64,000 nt of DNA from a virus: the IMG/VR virus record IMGVR_UViG_3300028581_000012. One strand, 5' to 3'. The notes under the pieces were generated by a model that ran no database searches, was not told the DNA's origin, and worked only from the letters and a program-made list of their open reading frames with translations. This document shows, one piece after another, positions 39,417-49,901 of the stretch; position 1 is the stretch's first letter; each line of letters opens with the position of its first letter. The position numbers were made by a program, and so were the translations under genes.

Positions 39417-41192
39417 TTAAACTCTTCTACCACCAAATAACCAAGAATAATTTTCATAATCACCTTTTGTTGGTCCCGAATACGTTCTACTATTATACAT
39501 ATCGGTTTGAGACGGAATTGAAGGGTTAAAATTTTGTGATGATTCTCTAAATACATTTTTATCTGTCGTCCAAGAATCAATCATCGCTTTTGCCTGTTCT
39601 GTGGCCTTTTCAAGTTGAGCAAAAGAAGATTCCCCAACATAAATGGCCATTGCCATTGCCATAATTAAGTCATCGTGTTGACCCTTTTGGTGGTCAGGTC
39701 GTCCATTCACATAAACAAAAGTATTAAGTTCATTAAACAACCTCTGAGACCTTACAGCAAACCCAAATCTTAAAGCTTCCTCAAACGCCTGAACAATAAG
39801 AACTCTTTTTGAGTTAAAATTAATTCCTGGTATTTTGTCATTTTGTTTTGGGTCCCACTTCCATTTATCTGCAGGATTTATTCCATCTATATATAAATTT
39901 TTATAACCTAACTCTTGTAACTTTCTTGATGTTGCAACACCCATACCACCGGTAATATCCGTTACAATAAATGCATTATACATTGTTGCCCACTTATAGG
40001 CGATTTCAGCAACAATATCAGGTGGAACTTTTGCAATATATTCTAAAACTTGTTCTCTTTCATCAAAATCGATAATAATAAAAGTTGTAAAATCTTCACT
40101 ATCACCTCTTGAAACATCCATTCCCATTATGTATCTGTGTCCTGCAACCGGTTCTTTCCATTGCCACAATACACCGCCCATAAATTTATTTTCAGGTTCT
40201 TTAATAAAATTGTCTTTTATTTTTTTCATTGTTTCAGGAGGTATTACGTTATCCCCCGAACCTAAAAAGTTACACTCCAACTCTTGTGAAATTTTTCTTT
40301 TGTCAAACTTTAATTTTTTTGACATCGATTCAAACCAAGAAGAATACGCTTTATACCCTTGATTTAGTTTTTCTTTTATTTCTTCAAAATCTCTATCGGA
40401 TACTTTTATATTTGAATAATCTAATATTATTTCATCATCTTTATATTCATTTCTATTTAACATATAGTGAATTATATCATCACACTTAATTAACTTAAAA
40501 TCTTTAGAATATCTTGGGTCACGAAACCAAAACATTTCAGTAATCTTAAAGTCATTCATTCCTTTGATTGCTTGTGAATAAATTGAATAATAAATTGGGT
40601 CAAATCCATTTGGTGTGGAAATTACAATTACTTTACCACCCGTAGATAAAGACGCCATACATGCAGACCAAAAGTCTTCATCAGCGTCAATATAAGCGGC
40701 CTCATCAAAAATAAGAATTGTTGGTGTATATCCACGTAAAGCATCTTTTGATGTTGCAACGGCTTTTACTTCACAACCATTACTTAATTTAAAGTGTCTT
40801 GCCGCATTTTTTTCAGATGAAAATCCTACACCTAACCAAGAAGGCCATTGTTCAACAAAAGCCCTTACTTTATTTGCCATTTCAACAGCAGTATCCAATT
40901 TGTTTGCAATAATTAGGATTTTTTCTGGTTTTGATTTTTTAGCAAAAACCAATTTTTTAGATGCCCAAGCCGATGTAACGGTTGATACTCCAGCCTGACG
41001 ATACTTTAATGCAATATTTTCTTCAGCCGTATCGTAGTCTTTTACAAGAGTAACTTGGTCGTTAAATAATTCTAATGGAACGTATTTAGATTGTGTGTTG
41101 TCGTAAGTTTGCAAATATGTTTTAAGCGCATATGGTGTGTCATTTACACACTTAGCATACTCTAATAATATTTGTTCTTTTGATAACGACAT
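39417..41192 (-). CDS. terL: Terminase large subunit (T4 gp17-like)
   Basis: KYRQAGVST (Walker A), LIFDEAAY (Walker B), ISTPNG, QELECNFLGS, GMDVSRG, HDDLIMA. Confidence 0.93.
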   Translation of the reverse strand: MSLSKEQILLEYAKCVNDTPYALKTYLQTYDNTQSKYVPLELFNDQVTLVKDYDTAEENIALKYRQAGVSTVTSAWASKKLVFAKKSKPEKILIIANKLDTAVEMANKVRAFVEQWPSWLGVGFSSEKNAARHFKLSNGCEVKAVATSKDALRGYTPTILIFDEAAYIDADEDFWSACMASLSTGGKVIVISTPNGFDPIYYSIYSQAIKGMNDFKITEMFWFRDPRYSKDFKLIKCDDIIHYMLNRNEYKDDEIILDYSNIKVSDRDFEEIKEKLNQGYKAYSSWFESMSKKLKFDKRKISQELECNFLGSGDNVIPPETMKKIKDNFIKEPENKFMGGVLWQWKEPVAGHRYIMGMDVSRGDSEDFTTFIIIDFDEREQVLEYIAKVPPDIVAEIAYKWATMYNAFIVTDITGGMGVATSRKLQELGYKNLYIDGINPADKWKWDPKQNDKIPGINFNSKRVLIVQAFEEALRFGFAVRSQRLFNELNTFVYVNGRPDHQKGQHDDLIMAMAMAIYVGESSFAQLEKATEQAKAMIDSWTTDKNVFRESSQNFNPSIPSQTDMYNSRTYSGPTKGDYENYSWLFGGRRV

Positions 41193-41198
41193 TCATTT

Positions 41199-42008
41199 TT
41201 AAATTCTATTTCTATAGTTTCTTAAAAGTTCTTTTTTTGTAAAGTGTGGAGGAATATGTTTTTGAATAATGTTTAAAATACTTTCTTCCAAATTACCTAC
41301 TTCATCTTCACAAGTATCATATACTACTTTATCTTCGTTTTCTGTCATATCATCTGTAACATACATTCCATAGTTACCATCAACAACATAATGACAATTA
41401 CCTGTTTCTTCATATTTGGCATCGGCATCCATCACCATACTTTCAAATTCTCTTTTTTGTTTTTTGAAAAAAATGTCTCCAAACCCTTCTTTTAGTTCAT
41501 CATCGGATGTGCTTGCAAAATCTTTGATTTGTTTTTTTGTCATAGACTTAACAACATCTTTAACTTTACCTCTATAACTTTTTGGTATATCGGACATTTT
41601 TTTATAACCTTTTTCAACTGAATAAGCAGCACCCATTAAACCTCTTTGTTTTTTTGATACGGCCTTTTCATACATTTCAGACTCTGTTGGCATTCCGTCA
41701 CCATAACTATCTTGACCATCATCAGTTCCTGGTCCAACTTGTTTAGGGCTTTGTGTTCTTTTTCCCATTTCGAAGTCCATAGGGTCTTCCATATCTTCTT
41801 CAAGTTCTTCTTCATATGTAACAAACGCTTTTCCTGATGCCTTAGCTTTATTTTCATCATCAGAGCCTTTTTTCACATTTAATACTCCAGCCTGTTCCAT
41901 AATCTTACCATATAGTAAGTTTAATTGTCCGTTTGATAACTTTTCTAAAGTTCCCATTGAAAACCCTTCGTGGAGTAATCTTTGAAGTTTATAATTCATA
42001 TGTTTCAT
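41199..42008 (-). CDS. Hypothetical acidic protein with a DUF3008-like segment
   Basis: KAVSKKQRGLMGAA...SMTKKQIKDFAST; several hydrophobic-x-E junctions. Confidence 0.55.
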   Translation of the reverse strand: MKHMNYKLQRLLHEGFSMGTLEKLSNGQLNLLYGKIMEQAGVLNVKKGSDDENKAKASGKAFVTYEEELEEDMEDPMDFEMGKRTQSPKQVGPGTDDGQDSYGDGMPTESEMYEKAVSKKQRGLMGAAYSVEKGYKKMSDIPKSYRGKVKDVVKSMTKKQIKDFASTSDDELKEGFGDIFFKKQKREFESMVMDADAKYEETGNCHYVVDGNYGMYVTDDMTENEDKVVYDTCEDEVGNLEESILNIIQKHIPPHFTKKELLRNYRNRI

Positions 42009-42408
42009 TTGATACTAAATTTTTTTCCCAATTTAATACGACATCTCTTTCGTATAATTTATTTTCAACATTTTCAATACTTTCTCCAAATTGAAAAACT
42101 AATCGTTTCTTTTTGAAAACAGTTATTTCGTCTGAGTCTGATTTTTCCCACCCCAAAGAAATAACCCCATCAACCGCATCATACACACAAAAAAAGTCTG
42201 AATTTTGAACCAAATCCAATTGTATATCTGAATTTTTTAAAATCCCAACTTTTTTTATAAAGTCAATTTTAGGAGGTGATGGTCTACCGGCAGCCGGCTC
42301 AACATCCCAATCTTCACCATACGCATCGTCAACATCAGAAAAAATAAATTCATAAATGTTATCACCTCTAAAGTTTGGTCCTAATTCATTTATATAAATT
42401 AAATTCAT
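41989..42408 (-). CDS. Hypothetical protein
   Basis: 139 aa ORF coupled to its neighbours. Confidence 0.6.
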   Translation of the reverse strand: MNLIYINELGPNFRGDNIYEFIFSDVDDAYGEDWDVEPAAGRPSPPKIDFIKKVGILKNSDIQLDLVQNSDFFCVYDAVDGVISLGWEKSDSDEITVFKKKRLVFQFGESIENVENKLYERDVVLNWEKNLVSNETYEL

Positions 42409-43733
42409 ATAACGTTTCCTTTTCTATCGATTTTAATTTGTTGACCTCTACGATTAAAAATTAAATTACTTAAATTAGTTTTACCAACAAACTGAGCCCC
42501 TTCATTTAAAAGTCTGTTTGCAGTTTCCAATTGGTATCTTGTTTCAGTTAATTCTTCTAATTCTTTTTTAGCCTTTAATTTTGTAAGTTTACTTTTGATA
42601 TAATCTTTTTGTCTTTTTTCTTCCAAAATTGGTAACTCATCTTCAGTAACTCTAAAATATCCTTTCAAAACATTTTCAACTCTTGATTCACCAAATATAT
42701 TTTCTTTTGGTTCTTGCGGCATTTCACCACCCATTGGTGGCATTTCATCTCCCATTGGTGGCATTTCACCCCCCATCGGTGGTTCTTCACCAAATTCAAT
42801 ATCTTCATCACCACCAAAGTCTAAACTTTCAGGACCTTCATCACCGTACATATCAACTTCTTCAAATTTTGATAAAATATCTTCTTTATCATCTTCATCC
42901 AATTTTTCTAAATCTAATGCTGATAATACCATATTGATAACATATTTAATGTCTTGGGAATCCAATCCATCCTCATCTTGGTTGTTATATGCTCTTAATT
43001 TTTGTGATAATTTACCCGTTAATCTTTGAATTGTTTTAAAAGACCCTCCTTCTTCACCTTCACCACCCATATTAGGCATTCCACCCATTGGTTCTTCTTC
43101 ACCTCCCATAGGTGGCATTCCACCCATTGTCTCTTCTTCACCTCCCATAGGTGGCATTCCACCTTCCATACCTGTAGGTTCTTCACCCATCGGTGGCATT
43201 TCGCCACCCATTTCAGGACCACCTTCCGCTGGTGGCATTTCTCCTTCCATACCTGTAGGTTCAGGAGCAGGAGGGGCTGACGCTTCAGGTGCAGGTGGAG
43301 CTGGCGCTGCAGGTTCTTCGGGTGCGGGTTCAGCCGCCGGTTTAGGAGATTTTAATACGAATTTTTTTTTTGGGGCGGTTTGCTCGCCAATTAAAGGAAT
43401 TTCTTCTTCGTTTTCGTAAATGCGATTCATTTCTTTAGCGTGAAGATTTAATTTCTTCATTGCTTGTGAATAAGAATCAAAATATTTTCTTTGTCTTATT
43501 GGGTCAGAATAGTCAAGTAACGACTCATTAATTCCTTTTTTAATAATATACCCCAATTTTTCTTTTACAATACCATAAGTATAACCATCGGCTAATGTAA
43601 TAGTATAGTTTAAAGTTTCATTTTCGTTAATGTATTCTTTTGGTTTTTCATTATAATGCGCAATTTCTAAGATACGTCTAATTTTGTCCATACCTTGTAA
43701 TTTTTCACTTCCAAGTGCTTTTAAATCTGCCAT
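42405..43733 (-). CDS. Hypothetical protein with Pro/Gly/Met/Glu low-complexity repeats
   Basis: Repeated GGEMPPM / PPMGGEEE; late motifs at 43763 and 43795. Confidence 0.65.
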   Translation of the reverse strand: MADLKALGSEKLQGMDKIRRILEIAHYNEKPKEYINENETLNYTITLADGYTYGIVKEKLGYIIKKGINESLLDYSDPIRQRKYFDSYSQAMKKLNLHAKEMNRIYENEEEIPLIGEQTAPKKKFVLKSPKPAAEPAPEEPAAPAPPAPEASAPPAPEPTGMEGEMPPAEGGPEMGGEMPPMGEEPTGMEGGMPPMGGEEETMGGMPPMGGEEEPMGGMPNMGGEGEEGGSFKTIQRLTGKLSQKLRAYNNQDEDGLDSQDIKYVINMVLSALDLEKLDEDDKEDILSKFEEVDMYGDEGPESLDFGGDEDIEFGEEPPMGGEMPPMGDEMPPMGGEMPQEPKENIFGESRVENVLKGYFRVTEDELPILEEKRQKDYIKSKLTKLKAKKELEELTETRYQLETANRLLNEGAQFVGKTNLSNLIFNRRGQQIKIDRKGNVI

Positions 43734-43826
43734 TTGTGTTTTTCTTAATAAGTTATTTTTGTATAAATATCCAAAAGGATAGTTTACCTCATTAATAAAT
43801 ATATTGTTAATATATAAATTGATAAA

Positions 43827-44585
43827 TTATTCTATATTTAAATGTTCTAAAGAAAGTTTTTTGTCTGTAATTTTGTTTTTAAAGTCTTCTAATTTTTTAA
43901 TATACCCCGACCTTCTTAAGAATTTGAACACCAAATTTTCATATGAAAACTCACCTTCTTTTGATAAACCACATGTTCTATATTTTCTTAATTTCTCTTT
44001 GTATTTTTTAACCAAATTAATTGCCTCATCCAAATCTTCATCTTTTGCGTTTTCTAAAACACCATCAATAATATCCATCCATTGTTGAGCCTTTTGTTTA
44101 ATCTTATTTTCGTCTATTTCAAATTTTTCTTTTTCAGGTACTCTAATCCACTTGTCAGATACCAAAGAATACGACCCCATACTCTTTTCTTTTTCATTTG
44201 AATCTTGAATAAAAACTTCAACCTCATACCCTTTGATTCTTATGTCGTGAGATGCGTTAAATAAAGTTTTTTTAAGTCTGAATAACTCTTCATATAATTC
44301 TTTATTTTCACCGGCTTCATTAAAGTCATATAATAGATGAACATCAAAGTCAGAAAACTCTGACCAATTGTAACCTGTTAGTGAGCCAATTAAAATTATA
44401 TCTTGGATGAAAATATCTTGGTCGATTGTTTTTAAAAAAACATCAGCAACTTGCAAAAGTTTTTTTCTTATTTCTGGTTTTAATTTGTAAGTTTGAACTT
44501 CATCTTTTTTATTTTTATCCCAAACATCTGAATTCAAATCATTTTGCAGATAAAAACTATCAATAATCTTATTATAACCTTTCAT
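43827..44585 (-). CDS. Pol-beta superfamily nucleotidyltransferase
   Basis: IGSLTGYNWSEFSDFDVH (GS...DxD) plus a third acidic residue in YEVEVFIQD; TATTTAT-N4-ATG. Confidence 0.7.
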   Translation of the reverse strand: MKGYNKIIDSFYLQNDLNSDVWDKNKKDEVQTYKLKPEIRKKLLQVADVFLKTIDQDIFIQDIILIGSLTGYNWSEFSDFDVHLLYDFNEAGENKELYEELFRLKKTLFNASHDIRIKGYEVEVFIQDSNEKEKSMGSYSLVSDKWIRVPEKEKFEIDENKIKQKAQQWMDIIDGVLENAKDEDLDEAINLVKKYKEKLRKYRTCGLSKEGEFSYENLVFKFLRRSGYIKKLEDFKNKITDKKLSLEHLNIE

Positions 44586-44589
44586 ACCA

Positions 44590-44596
44590 ATAAATA
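44590..44596 (-). promoter_or_regulatory. Putative late-promoter motif TATTTAT, 4 nt before ATG
   Basis: Minus strand reads TATTTAT-TGGT-ATG. Confidence 0.55.
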
Positions 44597-44606
44597 GTTT
44601 GGTATT

Positions 44607-44849
44607 TTATATTTTTTTGTATTTGAATTTTCTTGCGATATTTTGATTAAAATATTTTCCTTGTGATTCTGCAAGTCTAAATTGGGCATATATTGAATGT
44701 GGTACTTCCTCATACTCATAAATCATTTCATTATTGAAAGTTACTTTAAGTGTTTTATCTTCTGAGTTATATTCACTTCTTTTTAAATTTGATGAGTTTA
44801 TTTCACAAGTTATTTTGGTTCCGTCAATATCTGTTCTAGTAATCGGCAT
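44607..44849 (-). CDS. KTSC-domain protein
   Basis: SSNLKRSEYN...LKVTF...YEYEEVP...AESQGKYFNQNI. Confidence 0.85.
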   Translation of the reverse strand: MPITRTDIDGTKITCEINSSNLKRSEYNSEDKTLKVTFNNEMIYEYEEVPHSIYAQFRLAESQGKYFNQNIARKFKYKKI

Positions 44850-45144
44850 CTTTTTTTCTCAAAGGGGTTATGTCATCTATGTGACTAAGTTTTTTTATAA
44901 TATAATGGCTAACTTCTTGTCCGTCAACATCAAAGCCATAATCTCTTATTGTTCGGTCTGTTTCTCGAACCAATTGTTGGAATTTTGAATGTAAAACCAT
45001 CAAGTCATTTGGATAATATGGAGGTCTTTCAACATCTTTTTGTGTCCAACCTTCTCTTTGAAAGATTTCTCTAATTTTGAAATACATATCTTCTAACTCT
45101 CTTGTTAATTCTAAAGTTTCCGCGAATTTTTTCCAACTTTCCAT
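44836..45144 (-). CDS. Hypothetical protein
   Basis: 102 aa ORF; TATTTAT-N4-ATG (motif at 45149-45155). Confidence 0.6.
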   Translation of the reverse strand: MESWKKFAETLELTRELEDMYFKIREIFQREGWTQKDVERPPYYPNDLMVLHSKFQQLVRETDRTIRDYGFDVDGQEVSHYIIKKLSHIDDITPLRKKDADY

Positions 45145-45160
45145 AACTATAAATATACGA

Positions 45161-45188
45161 AAAAAAAATCCACCGATGAGGTGGATTT
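45161..45188 (-). terminator. Rho-independent terminator
   Basis: AAATCCACC-loop-GGTGGATTT with an A8 tract. Confidence 0.7.
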
Positions 45189-45207
45189 AATAATTTATAA
45201 TTTTGTT

Positions 45208-45711
45208 TTAGTCTTTTTGTGTTGGTGAGTTAAAGTTTTGTATGTAACGAAATAAATTATTATACGCAGTATTCATAGCAGCATATTTTGGGAAATTTGC
45301 TTTGTTAGTGTTTTGGAAGGCAAAACAAAAATTACCATCTAGAAATTGTTCATTACCTTTTGTAATTTTAGGAATACAAGCCGATTGGAGTTCTTTACCT
45401 CTTACCCCTTTTCCTATCACAAGACCTTGTATTTTACCTATATTACTTAAAATTGTTTGTCTAGCTTTAGAAATTTCCATAGGTGTATTATAAAATGTTT
45501 GACCGAAAATAGTTGACCCGTTTGGTGTTTGTTTTTCACCCTCAGCATTAGAATAATTCGGCATTGCAGATTTAACAGCATTTACGTAAGCAGTTACGTA
45601 TGGGGTGGGATTAAATCCGTTTTCTTCCATTAAATAATTTCTTGATGTCGCATTTTGGTGCATTTCCAAAATACGTTGTTTTTCTGATTCTGAGATTATA
45701 AACTTGTTCAT
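45208..45711 (-). CDS. Leader-family protein (MxKFIISESEKQRILEMH leader), putative virion-packaged
   Basis: First 18 aa almost identical to 54956-55990 while the body is unrelated; late motif at 45729-45735. Confidence 0.65.
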   Translation of the reverse strand: MNKFIISESEKQRILEMHQNATSRNYLMEENGFNPTPYVTAYVNAVKSAMPNYSNAEGEKQTPNGSTIFGQTFYNTPMEISKARQTILSNIGKIQGLVIGKGVRGKELQSACIPKITKGNEQFLDGNFCFAFQNTNKANFPKYAAMNTAYNNLFRYIQNFNSPTQKD

Positions 45712-45742
45712 AATTTTTTTATTTAATAATAAATATACTAAT

Positions 45743-45774
45743 AAAAAAAAATCACCAACTTCTTGGTGATTTTC
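45743..45774 (-). terminator. Terminator after dnaK
   Basis: AAAATCACCAA-loop-TTGGTGATTTT. Confidence 0.7.
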
Positions 45775-45787
45775 TAAATAGTAATTT

Positions 45788-47641
45788 TTATTTTACTTCT
45801 TCAAAGTCAACATTTGTAACTTCTTCGTCTGAACTTGTTTCATTTGTGGATTCATATAACTTTTGACTAATTGATTGAAATTCATTGTTAATTTCATCCA
45901 TAAGTTTTTTTACATCATCAATATTTTTTTCATTATGAGCATTTTTTAACTTATCAATTTTTGAAGTCAAATTTTGTTGTTCCTCTTCTGATATTTTATC
46001 TTTTAAATCATCCAAAGATTTTGAAACTTGAAAAATCATTGAGTCGGCAGAATTTAATGTGTCAACGTCTTCTTTTAGTTTTTTATCTGTTTCTGCGTTA
46101 ATTTCAGCCTCTTGTTTCATTTTTTCAATTTCTTCTTTTGATAAACCTGATGATGCTTCAATACGAATTGTTTGTTGCTTGTTTGTACCTTTATCAACCG
46201 CAGATACATTAATAATACCATTCGCATCAATATCAAAAGTAACTTCAATTTGTGGAACACCTCTCATAGCAGGAGGCAATCCATCAAGATGGAATTTACC
46301 AATAGTTTTATTATCTTTTGCCATCGCTCTTTCTCCTTGAACCACATGAATTTCTACGGTTGGTTGATTATCAACCGCCGTTGAAAATATTTCAGATTTT
46401 TTTGTTGGTATTGTTGTATTCGCATTAATTAGTTTAGTGAATACCCCACCCATAGTTTCAATACCTAATGAAAGTGGCGTAACGTCCAATAACAATACGT
46501 CTGTAACATCACCTCCTAAAACACCCCCTTGGATTGCAGCTCCTAAAGCAACAACCTCATCGGGGTTTACACCTTTTGATGGTTCTTTACCAAAGAATTT
46601 TTTAACAGCTTCTTGAATTGCTGGAATACGGGTTGACCCACCAACTAAAATAATTTCATCAATATCTGAAGGTTTTAGTCCCGCATTTTTAAGTGCCGAC
46701 TCACAAGGTTTAATTGTTCTTTTAACTAAATCTTCAGTTAATTGGTCAAACTTTGATTTTGTAATTTTAACAACCAAATGTTTTGGTCCTGTGGCATCTG
46801 CCGTTAAATATGGAAGATTAATTTCAGTTTGAGGTGAAGATGATAATTCTACTTTAGCTCTTTCTGCAGACTCCTTTAATCTTTGAAGTGCCATTGGGTC
46901 TTTTGTAACATCAATTCCTGTATCGTTTTTAAATTCGCTTACAAGAAAATCAATAATTACTTGGTCGAAGTCGTCACCACCTAAATGAGTATCACCATCT
47001 GTAGATAATACTTCAAAAACTCCATCCCCAAGTTCCAATATAGAAACATCGTGAGTTCCACCACCACAGTCAAAAACAACAATTTTCATATCTTTAGACA
47101 TCTTGTCTAATCCGTATGCCAATGCTGCCGCTGTTGGTTCATTGATAATTCTTTTAACATTTAGTCCCGCAATTTCACCAGCCTCTTTTGTTGCCTGTCT
47201 TTGAGCGTCATTAAAGTATGCAGGTACCGTAATTACAGCGTCTGTAACTTTTTCACCTAAGTAATCTTCAGCCGTTTGTTTCATTTTTTGTAAAATGGCT
47301 GCTGATATTTCTTGTGGGGAATAGGTTCTATTGTCAATTTCTACTCTTGGGTTATTTTTTTCATTGACAATCTTATAAGGAACTTTAGAATGTTCACTTT
47401 TTGTATCATTAAACGCACTACCCATAAATCTTTTAATTGAGTAGATTGTTTTTTCTGGATTTGTAACCGCCTGACGTTTAGCAGGGTCTCCAATTTTTCT
47501 TTCACCATCTTTGACAAATCCAACAATAGATGGTGTTGTTCTTTTACCTTCGCTGTTTGTGATTACCACAGGTTCGAGACCCTCCATTACTGCAACGCAT
47601 GAATTTGTAGTTCCCAAATCCACTCCAATAATTTTTCCCAT
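45788..47641 (-). CDS. dnaK: Hsp70 chaperone DnaK
   Basis: [47 protein letters not shown]-terminal VDFEEVK. Confidence 0.97.
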   Translation of the reverse strand: MGKIIGVDLGTTNSCVAVMEGLEPVVITNSEGKRTTPSIVGFVKDGERKIGDPAKRQAVTNPEKTIYSIKRFMGSAFNDTKSEHSKVPYKIVNEKNNPRVEIDNRTYSPQEISAAILQKMKQTAEDYLGEKVTDAVITVPAYFNDAQRQATKEAGEIAGLNVKRIINEPTAAALAYGLDKMSKDMKIVVFDCGGGTHDVSILELGDGVFEVLSTDGDTHLGGDDFDQVIIDFLVSEFKNDTGIDVTKDPMALQRLKESAERAKVELSSSPQTEINLPYLTADATGPKHLVVKITKSKFDQLTEDLVKRTIKPCESALKNAGLKPSDIDEIILVGGSTRIPAIQEAVKKFFGKEPSKGVNPDEVVALGAAIQGGVLGGDVTDVLLLDVTPLSLGIETMGGVFTKLINANTTIPTKKSEIFSTAVDNQPTVEIHVVQGERAMAKDNKTIGKFHLDGLPPAMRGVPQIEVTFDIDANGIINVSAVDKGTNKQQTIRIEASSGLSKEEIEKMKQEAEINAETDKKLKEDVDTLNSADSMIFQVSKSLDDLKDKISEEEQQNLTSKIDKLKNAHNEKNIDDVKKLMDEINNEFQSISQKLYESTNETSSDEEVTNVDFEEVK

Positions 47642-47685
47642 TTTTATTTAACATTATTTTTTAGTTTATTTTTGGTCCATTTTTG

Positions 47686-47757
47686 ACCAAAGTTGTGCCA
47701 ATATAAAAGATATGACAAAATGTCAGTATATCAAGTTAGTAGTATGACAATATTACA
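47686..47757. promoter_or_regulatory. Putative operator/promoter between the divergent dnaK and clpC genes
   Basis: Palindrome TGACA-AAA-TGTCA at 47713-47725, a second TGACA half-site near 47744, and minus-strand TGGCAC at 47695-47700. Confidence 0.4.
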
Positions 47758-47817
47758 AATAATTAAAAAATATTGATTTATATTTTTAGTTGGATTACTT
47801 TTAAAAAAAAACACAAT

Positions 47818-49854
47818 ATGATAGAATCTGCAGACAACAACGAAAAAGATAAAGCTAAAAAACCTGAAACAGGCTCTAAAACTCTCGTCCTTGATAATTT
47901 TTCAAGAGATTTGATTAAGGCGGCCGAAGAAGGTAAATTAGACCCAATAATTGGTAGAGAGCAAGAAATAAATAGAATTGCCCAAATTCTATCAAGAAGA
48001 AAGAAAAATAACCCAATTATTATTGGTGAACCTGGTTGTGGAAAAACTGCAATTGTAGAAGGATTGGCTAAAAAAATATTTGAGGGGGATTGTCCTCAAA
48101 ACCTTGTTGGTAAAAGAATTGTTTCTTTAGATTTAACTTCAGTAGTTGCAGGAACAAAATACAGAGGTCAGTTTGAGGAAAGAATGAAAGTGATAATTGA
48201 AGAATTGTACGCAAATCCTGATATTATTATCTTTATTGATGAAATCCACACTATGATTGGAGCAGGTAACGCTTCAGGTTCTATGGATGCATCAAACATA
48301 TTTAAACCCGCTCTTTCAAGAGGTGAAATACAATGCATTGGTGCAACGACCTTAGAAGAATATAGAAAAAATATTGAAAAAGATGGGGCATTAGAAAGAA
48401 GATTTCAAAAAGTAGTTGTTGACCCATCAACAAAAGAAGAAACATTAGAAATATTAAAACAATCAAAAGACCGATATGAAAAACATCATAAAGTAAAATA
48501 TAGTGAAGACATTTTAAAACTTTGTGTTGAGTTGGCAGATAGATACATCACAGACAGAGAATTTCCCGATAAGGCTTTTGATATTATTGATGAGGTTGGA
48601 GCAAGAAGTCAGGTTGAAATAAAACTTCCTGAAGTTATTGAAAAACTAAAAAAAGAAGCTCAAGAAATAAAATCTTTGAAAATTGAAGTAATCAATAAAC
48701 AAAAATATGAAGAAGCCGCAGATTTAAGAGATAGGGAAAGAAGAGTTTTAGGTGAATTACAAAAAGAAAAAGAAAATTTTGAAAAAAATAGAGACCTATA
48801 TAGAAAAGAAGTGACGGAAGATATTGTTTATGATGTTACATCTTTGATGACAAAAATTCCAATTAATAAAATAACAACAGATGAATCAATTCAATTGGCA
48901 TCTTTAAATGAGGTTTTAAATTCAAAAGTAATTGGTCAAAATGAGGCTGTTTCAAAAATTGCAAGAGCAATTCAAAGAAACAAGGTTGGATTAAACGACC
49001 CTAAAAAACCAATATTTAGTGGACTTCTAATTGGAAATTCAGGTGTTGGTAAAACTGAATTGGCAAAACAATTAGCAAAACATATGTTTAATAGCGAAGA
49101 TGCACTTATTAGATTAGATATGAGTGAATTTTCAGATAAGATTGCAACCTCAAAATTAACAGGAACATCACCAGGTTATGTGGGGTATGAGGACGGTTCA
49201 CCATTTTTAAATAAAATTAAAAACAAACCTTACTCTGTTATTTTGTTAGACGAAATTGAAAAGGCACATCCTGAAATTTTTAACGTATTTTTACAAATGT
49301 TAGATGAAGGGTTTTTAACGGATGGTCACGGAAGAAAAATTAACTTCAAAAATTGTATAATTCTAATGACATCTAATGTTGGGACTAGAGTTGTTCAACA
49401 GTTCGGTACAGGTGTTGGTTTTTCAACATCACATAAAGAAGAAACAAAAGATGAAGAAATCAAATCTTTATTGGAAAAAGAATTATTCAAAAAGTTTGCT
49501 CCTGAGTTTATTAACAGATTTGATGACATCGTATATTTTAAAGACCTTAACGATGATGATTTAATGAAAATCCTTAATTTGGAACTTGAAAAATTATACA
49601 GTAGAGTTTTGAATTTAGAATATAATGTTCAAGTTGAAGATTCTTTGAAAAATCATTTAATTAAAGTGGGAACCGATACAAGGTTTGGAGCTCGTATTTT
49701 AAAACGGACCGTTCAAAAATGGATTGACGATGCAATTACGGAAAAAATTCTTTCAGATAACCCAGAAAAAAATTCAACATTTGTGTTATCTTTTGATGAA
49801 AAAAATATTAAAACTGAAGTTAAAATTAAAAAACCAACAAAAAGAAAAAAATAA
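47818..49854 (+). CDS. clpC: ClpC-like AAA+ ATPase lacking the Clp-N domain
   Basis: GEPGCGKT / FIDEIH, UVR-like KQKYEEAADLRDRE, GNSGVGKT / LLDEIEKAH and a GVGF ClpP-docking-type loop. Start placed at the ATG at 47818. Confidence 0.88.
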   Translation: MIESADNNEKDKAKKPETGSKTLVLDNFSRDLIKAAEEGKLDPIIGREQEINRIAQILSRRKKNNPIIIGEPGCGKTAIVEGLAKKIFEGDCPQNLVGKRIVSLDLTSVVAGTKYRGQFEERMKVIIEELYANPDIIIFIDEIHTMIGAGNASGSMDASNIFKPALSRGEIQCIGATTLEEYRKNIEKDGALERRFQKVVVDPSTKEETLEILKQSKDRYEKHHKVKYSEDILKLCVELADRYITDREFPDKAFDIIDEVGARSQVEIKLPEVIEKLKKEAQEIKSLKIEVINKQKYEEAADLRDRERRVLGELQKEKENFEKNRDLYRKEVTEDIVYDVTSLMTKIPINKITTDESIQLASLNEVLNSKVIGQNEAVSKIARAIQRNKVGLNDPKKPIFSGLLIGNSGVGKTELAKQLAKHMFNSEDALIRLDMSEFSDKIATSKLTGTSPGYVGYEDGSPFLNKIKNKPYSVILLDEIEKAHPEIFNVFLQMLDEGFLTDGHGRKINFKNCIILMTSNVGTRVVQQFGTGVGFSTSHKEETKDEEIKSLLEKELFKKFAPEFINRFDDIVYFKDLNDDDLMKILNLELEKLYSRVLNLEYNVQVEDSLKNHLIKVGTDTRFGARILKRTVQKWIDDAITEKILSDNPEKNSTFVLSFDEKNIKTEVKIKKPTKRKK

Positions 49855-49885
49855 TTTGTTAATGTGTTTTTTTAGTTTATATTTG
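49855..49885 (+). promoter_or_regulatory. Bacteroidota primary-sigma promoter
   Basis: TTTG (49855) - N19 - TATATTTG (49878). Confidence 0.7.
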
Positions 49886-49901
49886 TTAAAACAAACCAAT
49901 A

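Noticed and set aside
47773-47817. Track start codons at 47773, 8157, 53444, 19848 and 63791
   Set aside because: The first four extensions overlap promoters or upstream genes, and downstream ATGs with A-rich context fit better. At 63791 the frame stays open to the window edge.
5286-49854. Bacterial chromosome interpretation (LPS-like genes, dnaK, clpC, rpsU)
   Set aside because: These genes are interleaved with T4-like capsid, protease, portal, terminase and homing endonuclease genes and share phage regulatory motifs; the usual bacterial neighbours (grpE, dnaJ, wzx, wzy) are absent.
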